The notes under the pieces: model-generated | Databases searched by the model: none | Told to the model about the DNA's origin: nothing | Seen by the model: only the letters and a program-made list of their open reading frames with translations | NCBI RefSeq assembly: GCF_018977255.1 | Contig: NW_024704742.1 | Span: 51,462,001-51,526,000, forward strand | Length of the DNA: 64,000 nucleotides | Source of the DNA: Callorhinchus milii | Lineage: Eukaryota | Direction of reading: 5' to 3' | Part shown: in pieces, positions 37,264 through 49,535 of the stretch | Layout: each line of letters begins with the position of its first letter | Position numbering within the stretch: the first letter of the stretch is position 1 | Program-made: the position numbers and the translations under genes

Positions 37264-39771
37264 TGTCAATATGAAGTGCTTTCATTTGTCTCACAATGTC
37301 TATGGGTTTTTGTTCACTTAAAACTATTGATTCCCATTTGCTGTCTTGTAACATGACCAAGCTCTTCCCATCCAATCCTCCCACTTCCTGAGACGTGTAT
37401 TATGACCTGCAGATTCCTTTGGCATCTGGGAAACACATGGATATCTGGCAAGCATCAGCAGCAACCTTCTCTTTTCTTCTTTGTTGAAAGTCAAACTGTT
37501 CTAATGAAAAACAGCAACATACCACAGTGCTTCTTATTCATATTTTAGCATATATTAAAAAAAGATTAATTGCAGTGAAACAATTCTCCCTTATTTAAGC
37601 CCGATCAGACTTGAAAGAACCTTAGTCCATTTAAGATTCATTATATTTTTGTAGGTTGGAATATAGACACTGGTAAAGCTCAAAAGCCTAATAAATGTCC
37701 TCCTTGATTTCCTAGCCAAGTAAAAAAAANCAAGAAGTCACTCTAAGAATACTGATAGGAAAATACTAAAGGGGGCCAATTTAATATACGTTTATCAATT
37801 ATAAACGTATATTAAATGCTGTGTGACTGTTGTGATGGCTGCCTTCATTGTGAAACGGTTTCAAACTCGACTATCAGTAAAGTTTTTAAGAGTCAAAGGT
37901 AGAAAGTCAGCTTGACATTTCTTACAGTGAAATAGAGTGCAACCACAGCCAAACTGAATCAGTTTCTTGGTTTAACCGAGTTGACGTCTGATTATGTAAC
38001 TTTATGGTACTAAGTCCTAGAACTTCACTTTACCTTTAAAAGAAAGTACGTATTATATTCCATGAAAGAGAGGAAGCAGTCATAGGCAGCGAAGAAAGTA
38101 TGTGGATGCCAATCTAGATTTGAGATTTCTCCATACCGCCAAGAACTAACTGACGGATGATTCCTCAGCCCGATGCTATACTCCAGGACCTATTCTGTCT
38201 AGTCACTGCTGTTGCCACTGTTTGCATGATGCTAAGGTTGTTCAGTGGTACAATTTTGTCAGGGCTTCACCAAACAAAACCTGAATTGAGAATTCATGAG
38301 TATATTGGCATTTAGAGGCAACGTTTTTGATGTACTCTTCACCTGAACAGATTACAATTTTCCATTTTCTCTATTGTTTTCTCCTCCTTTCCTGAAGGAT
38401 GTTACTCACGTTGGTACACGTTTCCTGAGATATTGCTCTCCATCGTTGCTGCTCCTGACTAGTGTACAAGTGTATCTTACGACTACTTGTGGTTGTATAG
38501 TGCCTTTTGGGTAGAATTACATGTTCAAAGGCCTCAACATAAATAAGGATGAACATCTAGCAAGAAAAGGGAGATTTAAGGATTTTGGCCAAAGGTATTG
38601 TTGAAGTGATTTGTTTTTAAAGTGGATTTCAAAGACAAGAGAGAGAAAGCAAGAGAAAGCGATTTTGGAAGAGAGTTCCAGAGGATAGGGGCATTGTAAC
38701 TGAATGCTTGGTGGGGGAGTGGGGGGGGAAGGAAACTATAAAAATGGGAAAAACAAAGAGTATGGCAATATTAAGGCTGGAAGAGTTTCAGCAGCAATTT
38801 GTTAGTGTTGCACCTGACCTTGATCTTGTCTGTCCATTCTTATGTGGAACTCACAGTCTGGCTTGGCTACTCTTAAACATAGTGATAATTTTTTGTGTGT
38901 GTCAGGCACCAAGCTGACCAAAATGGAAATTGTCTGTCCCTTTATGTCAATACATATAATAATTGTTGCATTTGATATAGCATCTTATCACGTTGTTGAG
39001 ATGTCTCAAAGCGTTTCACAGAATATATTGTGAACAGGATTGACTGTGTATTTATGTGTAATTAGGAAATGTATGTGCATTTCCAGCATGAGTCACATTC
39101 TTTAGGCAAAAAAATCTTTGACACCATTTGAATCTAATGACGTATACACTGTAAGAGAGGACCCAGTGTCAAGGAAACTCAAACTTGATACTATTTGAAC
39201 ACTTCTGGCTGTCCACGCAATAATCAGATGTGTGTTTTCTTCGTCATGGATGCCCTGGTAACTAAAGCATCGAGTAGACTGACACATAATCGGGAGACCA
39301 GAATTTTTTGCTGGCATATAGACTGAAATTCCAGTTAGCCTTATGTGTAGCACCTTAGGCAATATCTGCCACTAATCGAATATCCCCATTATTAAGACAC
39401 ACTGCCAAAGGTTCTACATGTAACATCAACCAGTATTTCAGTCCATTGATTCCTGAAATCAAGGCTCACCAGTCTATTATTTGAAAGCTTAAATTTGAAA
39501 AATGCTTATTTCCCTCCATCAAATCAGCTACATTTGAAGCAGTTAGTACTACAGGGAAGTTTTGTTTTTAACTATAATCTTACCTCCATTTAGATTTTTT
39601 TTAAGATTCAGAAATCTTGGAAAGATTGAGAAATTAGGGTCAATTGAGCAAGGAAACCACTTGCTGGTTACATTTTTGCCTGTTCAAATGAAAGCCAACA
39701 TGAAACAAACCACAGGAAGTTAAGTTAAACAAACAGCTATGCTGTGGAATGATAAACACACAAATAAGTAC

Positions 39772-39950
39772 ATAATAATTTGGTCACTCAATCCACTACT
39801 GCTTGTAGGACACTGCTGTGTGCAATTGGCTGCCGTGTTTCGTCCACAAATATACAGTTAATTCACTTTACAGTATATTCTGTGTAGTGCTTTGAGAGGT
39901 CTCGAAGACGTGATAAGGCGCTATATCAAATGCAAGGATTATTATTATTG
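39772..39950 (+). mobile_element. Young SINE 3' half
   Basis: ttggtcactcaatccac...gcgctatatcaaatgcaaggattatt. Confidence 0.9.
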
Positions 39951-41024
39951 CATGCTTCATGAAAGTTGAGGTGTTTCTTGTTTTTTGAGGCTTTCAATAG
40001 GGATTTCAAACAGTGCTTTTTTTTGTTTGACTGGCAAAACAAACATAAATGGAAAATCTACTGTTTGTTCTTATATTTCATTAAATACCCATTTTGGAAC
40101 AATTTTGGAACAATGTATCATTCTGATCTTATTTTAATTGTATTCTCTTTTATCTATCTTTAGGGAGTTACATAGAGTTTTTATTTTGAGTAAAATAAAA
40201 TGCTATATGTTGAACAATGATTACTTAATGCTTCATAGTTGGGCTTAGTTTGCTCTGCACCACGTGAGTACCAGTAAATGAGGATGAATGAATCAGTCTG
40301 AGTTCGGAGAATGCCTTCTGTTTGAGCATATAGTATAATAGTAATTTATACTGTAAAGTGCTATGAAACATCCTGAAGATGTGATAAGGTGCTATATCAA
40401 ATGCAAGGATTATTGTTAATATTGAGGATGTCTGAGAACCAACCTCATCACCTTACGTTTGACAGAGTATAGCTGCCCAACTGCTCACTTCTGAAGATTA
40501 ATAGTGATAAAAGCCTTTATCCTTTCAGGTCAAACACTGTGATCTTCACTTTGTGCCAAGCAGTCAAACAAGACTGTCCGTGTATCATGAGGTCTGCTTA
40601 GCTATACAGCTTACAGGCAATACTGGAGAAACTAGGAAGAGAAAAAATGGGGATATGCCTTAAAGGAGATACTACACAGCACTTTGAGACGTTACCTTTT
40701 GTGAAGGGTGCTGTATAATGCAAGCTATTGTTGTTGCTGAAAGGAAATAATTAAATAATCCATATCTATATTAGAAAATGTAGCTTAAAGTTACACTATT
40801 ATCTATAATGTTCATTGTTATCAGCGTGTTTGAAGGTATGTGATTGTTCACCAATGGCAACTGGGAGTAAAGAAAAGCCATCCACCAAAGCCAACTGAAA
40901 AATCTCAGATTTACCGTAATTACTTCACAACAAAATCTGCTCAAGGCAAATTAACAACCCAATTCCAGTTCTACCTTGGAGTTTATTGTCAGAAGGAATT
41001 TGTCCACAAAGAACATCTGAGCTG

Positions 41025-41665
41025 TGTTTTTGTTGACACTCAGGTTTTGACACAATTTGAAACTCATCACCATGCTTAAGAGTATCCAAAGCAGGTTGAG
41101 AGTTCCACATATGTACACCACCTAGATATGGAAATTTCCCTGTGTCTGGGTGGAAAGCGCACCCTCTCCCTGGAGGTACTATGCTTACCTAATTCCAGAA
41201 AGGATTAGGTGCAGGTTGGCGATAGACAAGGCTTCAGCCCTTAAAAGCCTCTCCCTCCCAACATGCCCCAGTTCTGACCAAGGTCATGGACCCGAAACGT
41301 TGATTCACTTTCCTTTCTCCATAGATGCTGCTGGACCTGCCGTGTGTTCCCAGCGACTTCTGTTTTTGTTGAGGACCCCAGAATGTTCGTTAAGGTATTG
41401 TTTAACCAACTAAAACCTGATAGGTTGCCATTGAGAAACTGTCTGACGAACTTGTCCAGCTAGGACTGCTCTACCTGTTAGGGCTTTAACTTGCAGGATT
41501 AACAGGAGCTGAGTGGGAAGAATTCTTGCTCCCAGAGACTGATCTGCCCCTCCAAGCCTGACAAAGAGCCAGACTGGCTAGTCGGTCATCAGCAATGAAA
41601 GCCACTGATAATTACATCACCTTGAGCCAGTGCAACTCCAAGGAGACCCTGGTTACCTCCCCCCA
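41025..41665 (+). mobile_element. Unclassified ~600-bp dispersed repeat (copy 2) carrying a Penelope-like insert
   Basis: Shares cttaagagtatc, ggaaatttcc, attaggtgcagg, cttgcagga..acaggagctgagtggga.gaat.cttgc and ccaaggagaccctg.ttacctcc with the reverse complement of 21340-21895. Confidence 0.75.
41235..41370 (+). mobile_element. Penelope-like element terminal fragment with a degenerate minimal hammerhead motif
   Basis: ctgaccaaggtcatggacccgaaacgtt...ctccatagatgctgctggacctgc...ccagcgacttctgtttttgtt resembles remembered fish/shark Penelope ends. It is absent from the other copy of the host repeat. Confidence 0.7.
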
Positions 41666-42604
41666 AAGAGGAAAAGCTCAGCTGGACTAGAATGAGACCA
41701 GATCATCGAAATGAGGTGAATAGCTGCGGATACAAGAATGTTACATTGTGGTTATGGAAGCAATAAAAGCACTTACCAATACTTGGCTTGTTTCAGGTAT
41801 GACTGTTTCAAGAATTATTTTAAGAGACCACCTGTGATTAGAAGCTGCTTTATTTTCACTTTACTACTGAGTACTACAGTGATAAAAAGTGAAAGTTAAC
41901 AGCAGCCCTGCACATTGTAACAAAAAAGGTTGTGGTTATTAAGTGGTAAAACGGGGCACAGCTGGAGCTGACTAGCATAGAATACTATCTGGAATCTGCT
42001 ATGGTGGTTGTTGAGAGGTGCAGGAGAAATTGCAGTGAAGGTTAAGAGATCTCTTCGAATAATCCTGGATCAGGAAGTGATGACTTGAAAAGTTGAGCAG
42101 GCACTGAAACACTTCACATGATTCGCAAGGAGGCAAATTCAATGGTTCATTGGCGAGATCAGTGACTACTCCAAGCAGCTTCGTGTTAAACTGAAATTCT
42201 TAAACTGTGAAAATCATTTCATGAAATGATGCACTTCTCCCCATGGTCTTGCAGTTTGTAGTGATTGCTGCAGTCTAAGCAACAGATATTTCTTGGAACA
42301 AATGTTCCAAGGTACATCATTTTTTTGTGTGTATCAACCTAACTGCGCATTGGAGACGAACGAAGGGAAGGGAAACATGTTTGTGCAGGGAGGGAGGTCA
42401 GGACTGGATAGGGCAGATGTGCGGATTGATGAAGGTTCTGGAATTTAACCTGGATTATCTTTGAGAACATGAGCATAGCTATTGTAGAACTTTCTCTTGG
42501 AAAATAAAGAGTGTCTGAGAAGAAGTTCAGGATAGGTTAGGTATGATCTGTAACAGGAGCTGCCTTTAGCCTTTCCCATTTTTCTCATTCTCATGCTTTC
42601 TTAA

Positions 42605-43018
42605 AAAATAATGGTCCTTACATTTAATATTGCTCCCTTCAGATCTCAAAGGTCTTAAGCACTTCACAAGATATATTGTAAAGCGTAATGACTATGTATT
42701 TTGTAGGCAAACTCGGTAGACAATTTGCACACAGCATGGCTAACGGAGTGAATTTACTAATTTTATTAAGGGGATTGTTGGTCAAAACACCAGGAGAAAA
42801 TCCCTTCTCTTTTCAAAGAGTCATGGAATGTTTAACATTCAGCTCAGCAGGCAGACTGGACCTCAGTTTAATATCTCACCTGAAGGACGCATCTCTAACA
42901 ATGCAGCACACCCCCAGCAATGCATTGGAGTGTCAGCCTAGATCATATGAGTTCCAAGTCCCAACGTGGAGCTTGACCCAGAGATGGGAGTGCTGTCCAA
43001 CTGAGCCAGGTTGCCATA
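42605..43018 (-). mobile_element. SacSINE1-like DeuSINE, diverged
   Basis: Tail, Deu domain and head ctgagccaggttgcca in reverse orientation. Confidence 0.8.
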
Positions 43019-44109
43019 CAAGTTTCTTAAGTCCTTCTTTCATGACATCAGCCTGGGTTTACATTATAATTCTATAGGAGTAAACATGACTTGGCCTGAG
43101 GACTATTGCCAGTCTGAACGTTAACTAGTGTAGTTTCTCAATGTGAGGGACTGTGACGTCTTAACTGCTGTTTACTCAAGTACAAATCAGCGCTGAGATA
43201 TATAGCAGCCAATTAGGAGATCTTTTTGTCAGACACCACAGGCCTAAAGCAGAAAATGATACATTTCAAATTTCACATGACTAAGTAATTTGCTTTGCTC
43301 TCATCCCCATTATGTGACAGACAGTTTATGCTTCAAGCTATGAATGAATGACAAGACATATTTATTACATGAATAGTAGGGGGTAGAGGTGCAAGAGGTC
43401 AATGCTTAGGCAGTTTTGGCACCAACTCTGCAAGAAGGACTGGAGCAGCTCATTAATCTTACAAGGGGTCACACCAGCCTTTGCTCATATTGGTCTCTGT
43501 AGCAAAATGCTTTTCTAACAATGTAAAAGTTTATTGTTGTGTAATAATCACTCCAGCTATGTTTAAGTTAGCCTGGTTTCTGTGTTGCTGTTCAGCCTGG
43601 CTCAGTTGGAGGCACCTCACATCCTCTAGTTCACTAGTCCAACTACAAGATACAAGGTCACTAAACTTTGCAGTAAATCCTATGAAGCACTTTGAGATGT
43701 CCTGCTGATGTGAAAGTGCTATATCACATGCAAGGATTTTTATTATTATTATAATATTAGTAATTCCAAATTTAATCTCAAATTTACTACTATACTGGTT
43801 GTATTTCTATGTTCTTTCTTTTCCTCCTGAAATTAAATTTTAAGACATATTTCGGTAACATTAACCTTCAATTAATCCTAAGTCTAATGTTGACCCTCAA
43901 TATAATAATAATAATCATTGTCTTTAATATAGCACCTAATCACATAATTGAGACACCACAAAGCATTCACAGGATATATTGTAAAGTGGATTGACCGTGT
44001 ATTTTGTGGGCGAAACATGGGTGAATATAAGTGCCTGCTATAAAAAGAGACAGGTTAACATTTTCAGCAAGCAATTTCTTTCTCCTATAGATGGCAATTA
44101 ATCTGCTCA

Positions 44110-45535
44110 TTTCTGGCCCATCTCCAAACTCCCTTTTATTTCCAAGGTCCTTGAAAGAGTCGTTGCATCCCAGCTTTGCTCCTTCCTCTCCTACCACTCT
44201 CTTCACAAGCCCGTCCACTCGGATTTCCGTGCTGCTCACAGCAGGGAAACTGCTCTGATCAAGGTGACAAACGACATTTTGTCCGCTTGCAACCAAGGCT
44301 CCCTCTGCCTCCTCGTCCTCCTCGACCTCTCTGCTGCCTTCGATACCGTGGACCACTCCATCCTCCTCTCACCTCAACATTCAACGTTCTGTCCTTGAGT
44401 GGTTCAGGTCTTATCTCTCACAACGCTTCCAATTTGTCTCTGCCAACGGTTTCTTTTCCAGCCCCTGCAAAGACTCGTGTGGTGCTCCTCAGGGCTCTGT
44501 CTCTGTCCCCTCCTCTTCAACCTCTACATGCTCCCATTTTGTTTAATCATCCGCAGACATGGTGTCAACTTCCACACGTACGCGGATGGCACCCATCTCC
44601 ATCTCTGTGCCTCCACTCCCGACTCCAGGATAACTGACATCCTGACAGAATGTCTGTCAGACAACAAGACCTGAATGAGAGCCAACTTTCTGCAGCCGAA
44701 TGTCAGCAAGACTAAGGCCCTCCCGATTGACTCGCGCCAGCACTTCTGCACCTCAGGCACTGGCAATATCAGCATCCACACTCCAATTCACCAAGCCAGT
44801 CAGAAACCTGGGCATCTTGTTTGACCCTCAACTGTCCTTTCTCCACCATATTTGTGCCATGGCCCACTCTGCCTTCCCCCATCCCCACAACATTACTCGA
44901 TTCCGCTGTTGCCTCACCCCTCAGGCTGCCTAGACCCTCGTACATGCAATCGTCACCTCAATGCTCGACTGCGGAAACTCCCTCCTTGTTGACCTCCCCA
45001 ACTCTTCCCTCCACAAACTGCAGATCATCCGGAACTCTGCAGCTAGTGCCCTCTCCTGCACCAGGCTCCGTGACCCCATAACCCCCACCCTCGCCCGGCT
45101 CCACTGGCTCCCCATCCCTCAGAGGATAGAGTTCAAAATCCTCGTCCTCACTTTCCAGATCCTCCACGGCCTTGCCCCCTCCTACATCTCTGACCTGCTA
45201 ACCCCCTAACAACCTGTCAGCTCCCTCCATTCAGCAACCTCTGGCCTGCTCCATGTCTCCCTACCATCGGTGGCCGGGCTTTCAACTTCTCTGCCCCCCC
45301 TCTTTGGAACTCCATCCCACAATCCTTCACCTTGCTCCCTCTCTTGCCTCTTTCAAGGCACGACTCAAGACCCTCCTTTTTGACTGTGCCTTCAGCCACC
45401 CTCCTACCCTCTCTGCCCTCCCTCATCCCAACCCTGCCCCCCCCATACTTGGGTCCTGATCTCCAACTGTTCAGCGCCTCGAGACATCCTCCTGACATGA
45501 CAGGCACTTTACAAATGCAATTTTGTTGTTGTTGC
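44110..45535 (+). mobile_element. L2-clade LINE, 5'-truncated, reverse transcriptase pseudogene to 3' tail
   Basis: PISKLPFISKVLERVV...ETALIKVTNDIL...LVLLDLSAAFDTVDH; PLLFNLYM...YADGT (YADD-like); ITPTLARLHWLPIPQRIEFKIL. Frameshifts and stops present; ends tttacaaatgcaattttgttgttgttg. Confidence 0.95.
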
Positions 45536-46386
45536 TGTCCATTTGCATTCTGTTCTGAATTGATTTCAGATTTCCATTATTGGTTCTTTTTATTTTACAT
45601 GTAGAAAGTGAGACCTATCACCTGAAAGCATTCGAAGGACCTTATTAGTAACCCATAAGAGGGGGCTCACAGCAGCTGAGAAACCTGGCTGTTTGCCAAC
45701 CTCAGGATTGTGATAACACCCTGTGAGTCCAGGACAATACAAAGGACCCCACAAATAGTGTATAGTAATGGACAAACCAATGACTTCCACCAAAGAATGC
45801 TTCCTCTCACTTCTGTGTAAATGTCTGTTTTTGTTTGTTTATCAGGTTCCCATTTGCTTGTACTCAGTTGCAAAGTAAATATCACTTTATTTCAGCCTGA
45901 TCGAGACTTATTAGCATCAACTTCCAGCTCCCAGTAAACATTTCCCTGATTTACGGCTACAATTTCTCCTCACTTTGTGGTAGCAGCCTATAAAAACATC
46001 TCTATTTCAAGCGCTCAAGTTTATCCAACAAGTAATAATTTCCCAGACAGTGTTTTCTCTTTGTCTCATTGACAATGATTTGTTGTGTCAGATTGGTTAA
46101 TGGTTGGGCGGGAGAGTGAATACAATTTTAGGAGGGGAGGGCACAAGGTGCAGTGAACCCTGTTTGTTTGGACAGACATCCGGCTTACCTCCCATGGGAA
46201 CTGATCAGGATCTCCCCAGGGGTTGTGCGTCTCAGTCGTGAGTCCTTAAAATCTGCCACCAGTTATATTACATCTGTACAGAAGGATGGAAAGGACACTC
46301 AGTGAGAGAGTATCAAGTTAAATAAAATAAATTTCACATAGGACACCAGTTGCGAGGAATCTGTACTCATTGGGTATTATTTTATT

Positions 46387-46762
46387 GTGGAGCCCTGTAG
46401 AGTATTGGTTAGAGCAAGCGAGAGGACCTGGGTTTGATTCCCGGCAGGGCAAAACGTTAGGCAAGTTTCCTCACTCCACACACCCCTGTTTACCTAGCAG
46501 TAAGTAGGAACCCGGTTGCTAGTCGATTGGCGGATCTCTTTTCTGGGGGTAATAATTCCTTCAAAATAAATAAAAATTTTGATAATTCAATCCACGATGT
46601 TTGTGGGAAACTGCTGTGCGCAATTGGTTGCCGCGTTTTGCCCACAAAATATAAAGTCAATTCACTTTGCAATGCTGTATATTCTGTGAAGCACTTTGAG
46701 ACGTCTCAAAGACGTGATAAAGCACTATATCAAATGCAAGGATTATTATTGTTATTATTATT
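46387..46762 (+). mobile_element. Subfamily B SINE
   Basis: Same structure as the 36878 copy, with a small deletion in the head. Confidence 0.9.
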
Positions 46763-46835
46763 CTCCCCCATTAATATAGAAAGGATGAAAATAACCCCTC
46801 TGAGACCTCTTTCACTGAGTATAGATGTCATGATG

Positions 46836-47250
46836 AGGCCTAAAATCCTATCTGGTCTGCAAGGCCATTTTGCCCTACAATGTAAGATTGCCAGGAAATT
46901 TGGAAAATTCTTTAAAATCAATCTGAATTTTGAAATCGGTTCTTTTTAAAAATTGTAGAAACAACAAGACAACAACAAGATTTCATTTATAGAGCGCCTT
47001 TCACGTCGGGAGGACGTCCCAAGGCGCTGGACAGTTGGGTTGGGACCCGAGTAGGGGGGAAATGGTCAGGGTAACGGGAGGGAAGGGAGGGAGCGAGGAG
47101 GGGGTAGAGAGTCGAGAGGGGAGCTGAAGGCACGGTTGAAGAAAAACACAGTTAATTAATTAATTAGTAATTAAGACTGATTTAAGAATTTTCTAAAATT
47201 CTGCACAATTTTAATTTTAAGACAAAATGCTCTTGCAGACTAAGACTAAA
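46836..47250. mobile_element. Fold-back MITE-like element split by an L2 3' fragment (-, 46961-47145)
   Basis: Left arm gtctgcaaggccattttgccc...gaaaattctttaaaatcaatct is the reverse complement of right arm agactgatttaagaattttct...gacaaaatgctcttgcagac. Confidence 0.7.
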
Positions 47251-47809
47251 TTGCTTTGTCCTCTGGAAGTTTGTCCAGTTTATAGCATCCCTCCTTCCTT
47301 CCTATCTTAACTACCTTCATTTCATTCCCTGCACCATCTATTTTTCCTATATTTTCTTTGTCAATCTGCTTCATGAGACTTTGTTCAGTGAGATTTCAGG
47401 CCTTAATAGGGAAGGATGTTTTCCAAGATTTAGAATTACTGGAGTGGAGTCGAAGGCTTCTGACTATTCCTGATCTATCAGAAAATCAAAAGTGACAGGT
47501 AATTGATGACCCATCTCCAGTTATAATACAGCACCCACCAGAGCAGTAAACTATCATCACTTGTCTTAATCCTGTTCTTGTCAAACACTTTGGCACAAGC
47601 TTTATTTGTACACTGTCATCGGTTGACTGTTGAATAAGGTACTTTGCGCTTGATCAATGTGTTGCATTTATATTGCTGTATTTGTGCAGGATAACATGAA
47701 AACACCATTGCAAATATACCAATAGCAAATGTTAACATTTGATTTTGTGCCTTCTTGTTCTGCACAGGATCTTCCACTACCCTTGTAAACTGTATGTAAA
47801 TAGAGCTCT

Positions 47810-48325
47810 AAATCAGTTTGACAGGTTGTTAGCACTCTCACCTCTTGGTCAGAAGGTTGTCCTTTCTTGACCTACATCAAAATGAGTTAATTGTCTGCGC
47901 TGACATTCCAGAGCAGCACTGGGGAGCATTGCATTGTCAGAAGTGCCAAATGTCAGATGAGTAGTCAATATTATAATAATGATTGCACTTGGTATTGCGC
48001 CTTTCACTTCAGGAGGACATCTGAAAGCGCGCCACAGGATTTACTGTAAAGTGTATTGATTGTGTTTTGTGGGCAAACCCAGCAGCCAGTTTGCACACAG
48101 TAATGTCCTACAAACAGCCGTGGAATGAATAACCAATTTTATTTTGGGGATTATTGGCCAGGACACCGGAAGAAACTCCTTTCTCATTTTGAATAGTGCC
48201 CTGGGATCTTTAATATTCACCTGATGGGGCCTCGGTTTAATATTTCAACGAAAGGTCAGCCCCTCCAATAATGCACAGCTCTACACCCCCAGCACTGCAC
48301 TGGAATGTCAGCTTAGACTATGTGA
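47810..48325. mobile_element. DeuSINE 5' part (+, 47810-47965) abutting a DeuSINE (-, 47965-48325)
   Basis: Head tagcactctcacctct..gtcagaaggttgt, then a reversed tail and Deu domain. Confidence 0.75.
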
Positions 48326-49159
48326 ATGTAGAAAAAAACAGAAACTGTGTGTCAATTCCACCACAATCCTTTGCATCAAAATCTTACGATTGACCATGCC
48401 AAAGTGCTGGCTGCGCACCCGAGCTGGCAGTGAGAGCTGCAGGGGTTGGGGGGGGGGAAGCAAAAGCATAATCGAAGAGGTACATTATACCTTGGGGGAG
48501 GGGGGGATTGAATTAGAGGCACTCTGGGATGGAGTGCCAAAGAGTGGGGACAGAAAAGCTAAAAGCCTATCTGCCAATGGTGGTGGTGGGGGTTATATGG
48601 CGGGGGACATGAAACAGGTCTATATTCGCAAAGCAAAAGGACCATTATATATGATGAATTTGAAGACTTTCTAATTTATGATGAAACCATAATAAATTAG
48701 TGTAGAAAACAGATGTCAATATAAATGGATTGAAATCTAACCACTTGGACTCAAATAGCTCACAAATCAACAAGCACTAGCCCATTTCATATCCGATTCA
48801 CTGGTCATCCTCACTAACAGTGGGCCAGCTTTCAGGTATTCTGTCCTCGCTCTCAGGAACTTCATGCCCTTCACCTTGCCCTCTCTGACTACCTTTAAAA
48901 TCTGCCTTTATACCTATCTTTTCAATTGTGCTTCAGTCACGTTCCCTCTTCTCCATTTGCCCCCTCACAGCTCGGGCTTTGACGCAGATGTTGTGAAGCG
49001 CTTTGAGACATCTTCCTGACATGAAAGGCACTATATTGAATTGTGAATTCAATTGTGAATTGTTGTTGTTCTTGACGCTCATAATCCAACAATCCCAAAA
49101 TGCAAAGCTTATTTATTATTCCTTGTTTTTTTAAAAAAACTTTAAATAGGCAGAGAATA

Positions 49160-49535
49160 AAATAATAATAATAATAATTCTTGTATTTTATATAGCGCCT
49201 TATCCCATCATTGAGACATCTCAAAGTGCTTCACCGAATATAATGCAAAGTGAATTGACTGTATATGTTATGAGCGAAACCCGGCAGCCAATCGCACATA
49301 GCAATGTCCCACAAACAGGTGTGGATTGAGTGAGCAAATCATTATTTTTTTCAAGGGAATATTACGCCTGGAAAAGCGATCCACCAATCGCGTAACAACC
49401 AGGTTCCTACTTGCTGCTAGGTAAACAGGCATGTGAAGTAAGGGAACTTGCCTAAGATTTCCCCCTGCTTGAGAATTGAACCCGGGTCCTCTTGTTTGCG
49501 AGATGAGCACATTAATCAGTACGCTACAGGACTCC
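49160..49535 (-). mobile_element. Subfamily B SINE
   Basis: ggttcctacttgctgctaggtaaacagg block plus head and tail in reverse orientation. Confidence 0.9.

Noticed and set aside
37730..37730. Single N base
   Set aside because: Assembly ambiguity at the end of a homopolymer.
38360..38520. Strong pyrimidine tract plus AG at ~38397 suggesting an exon
   Set aside because: No recognisable peptide, no convincing donor, and no neighbouring exons.
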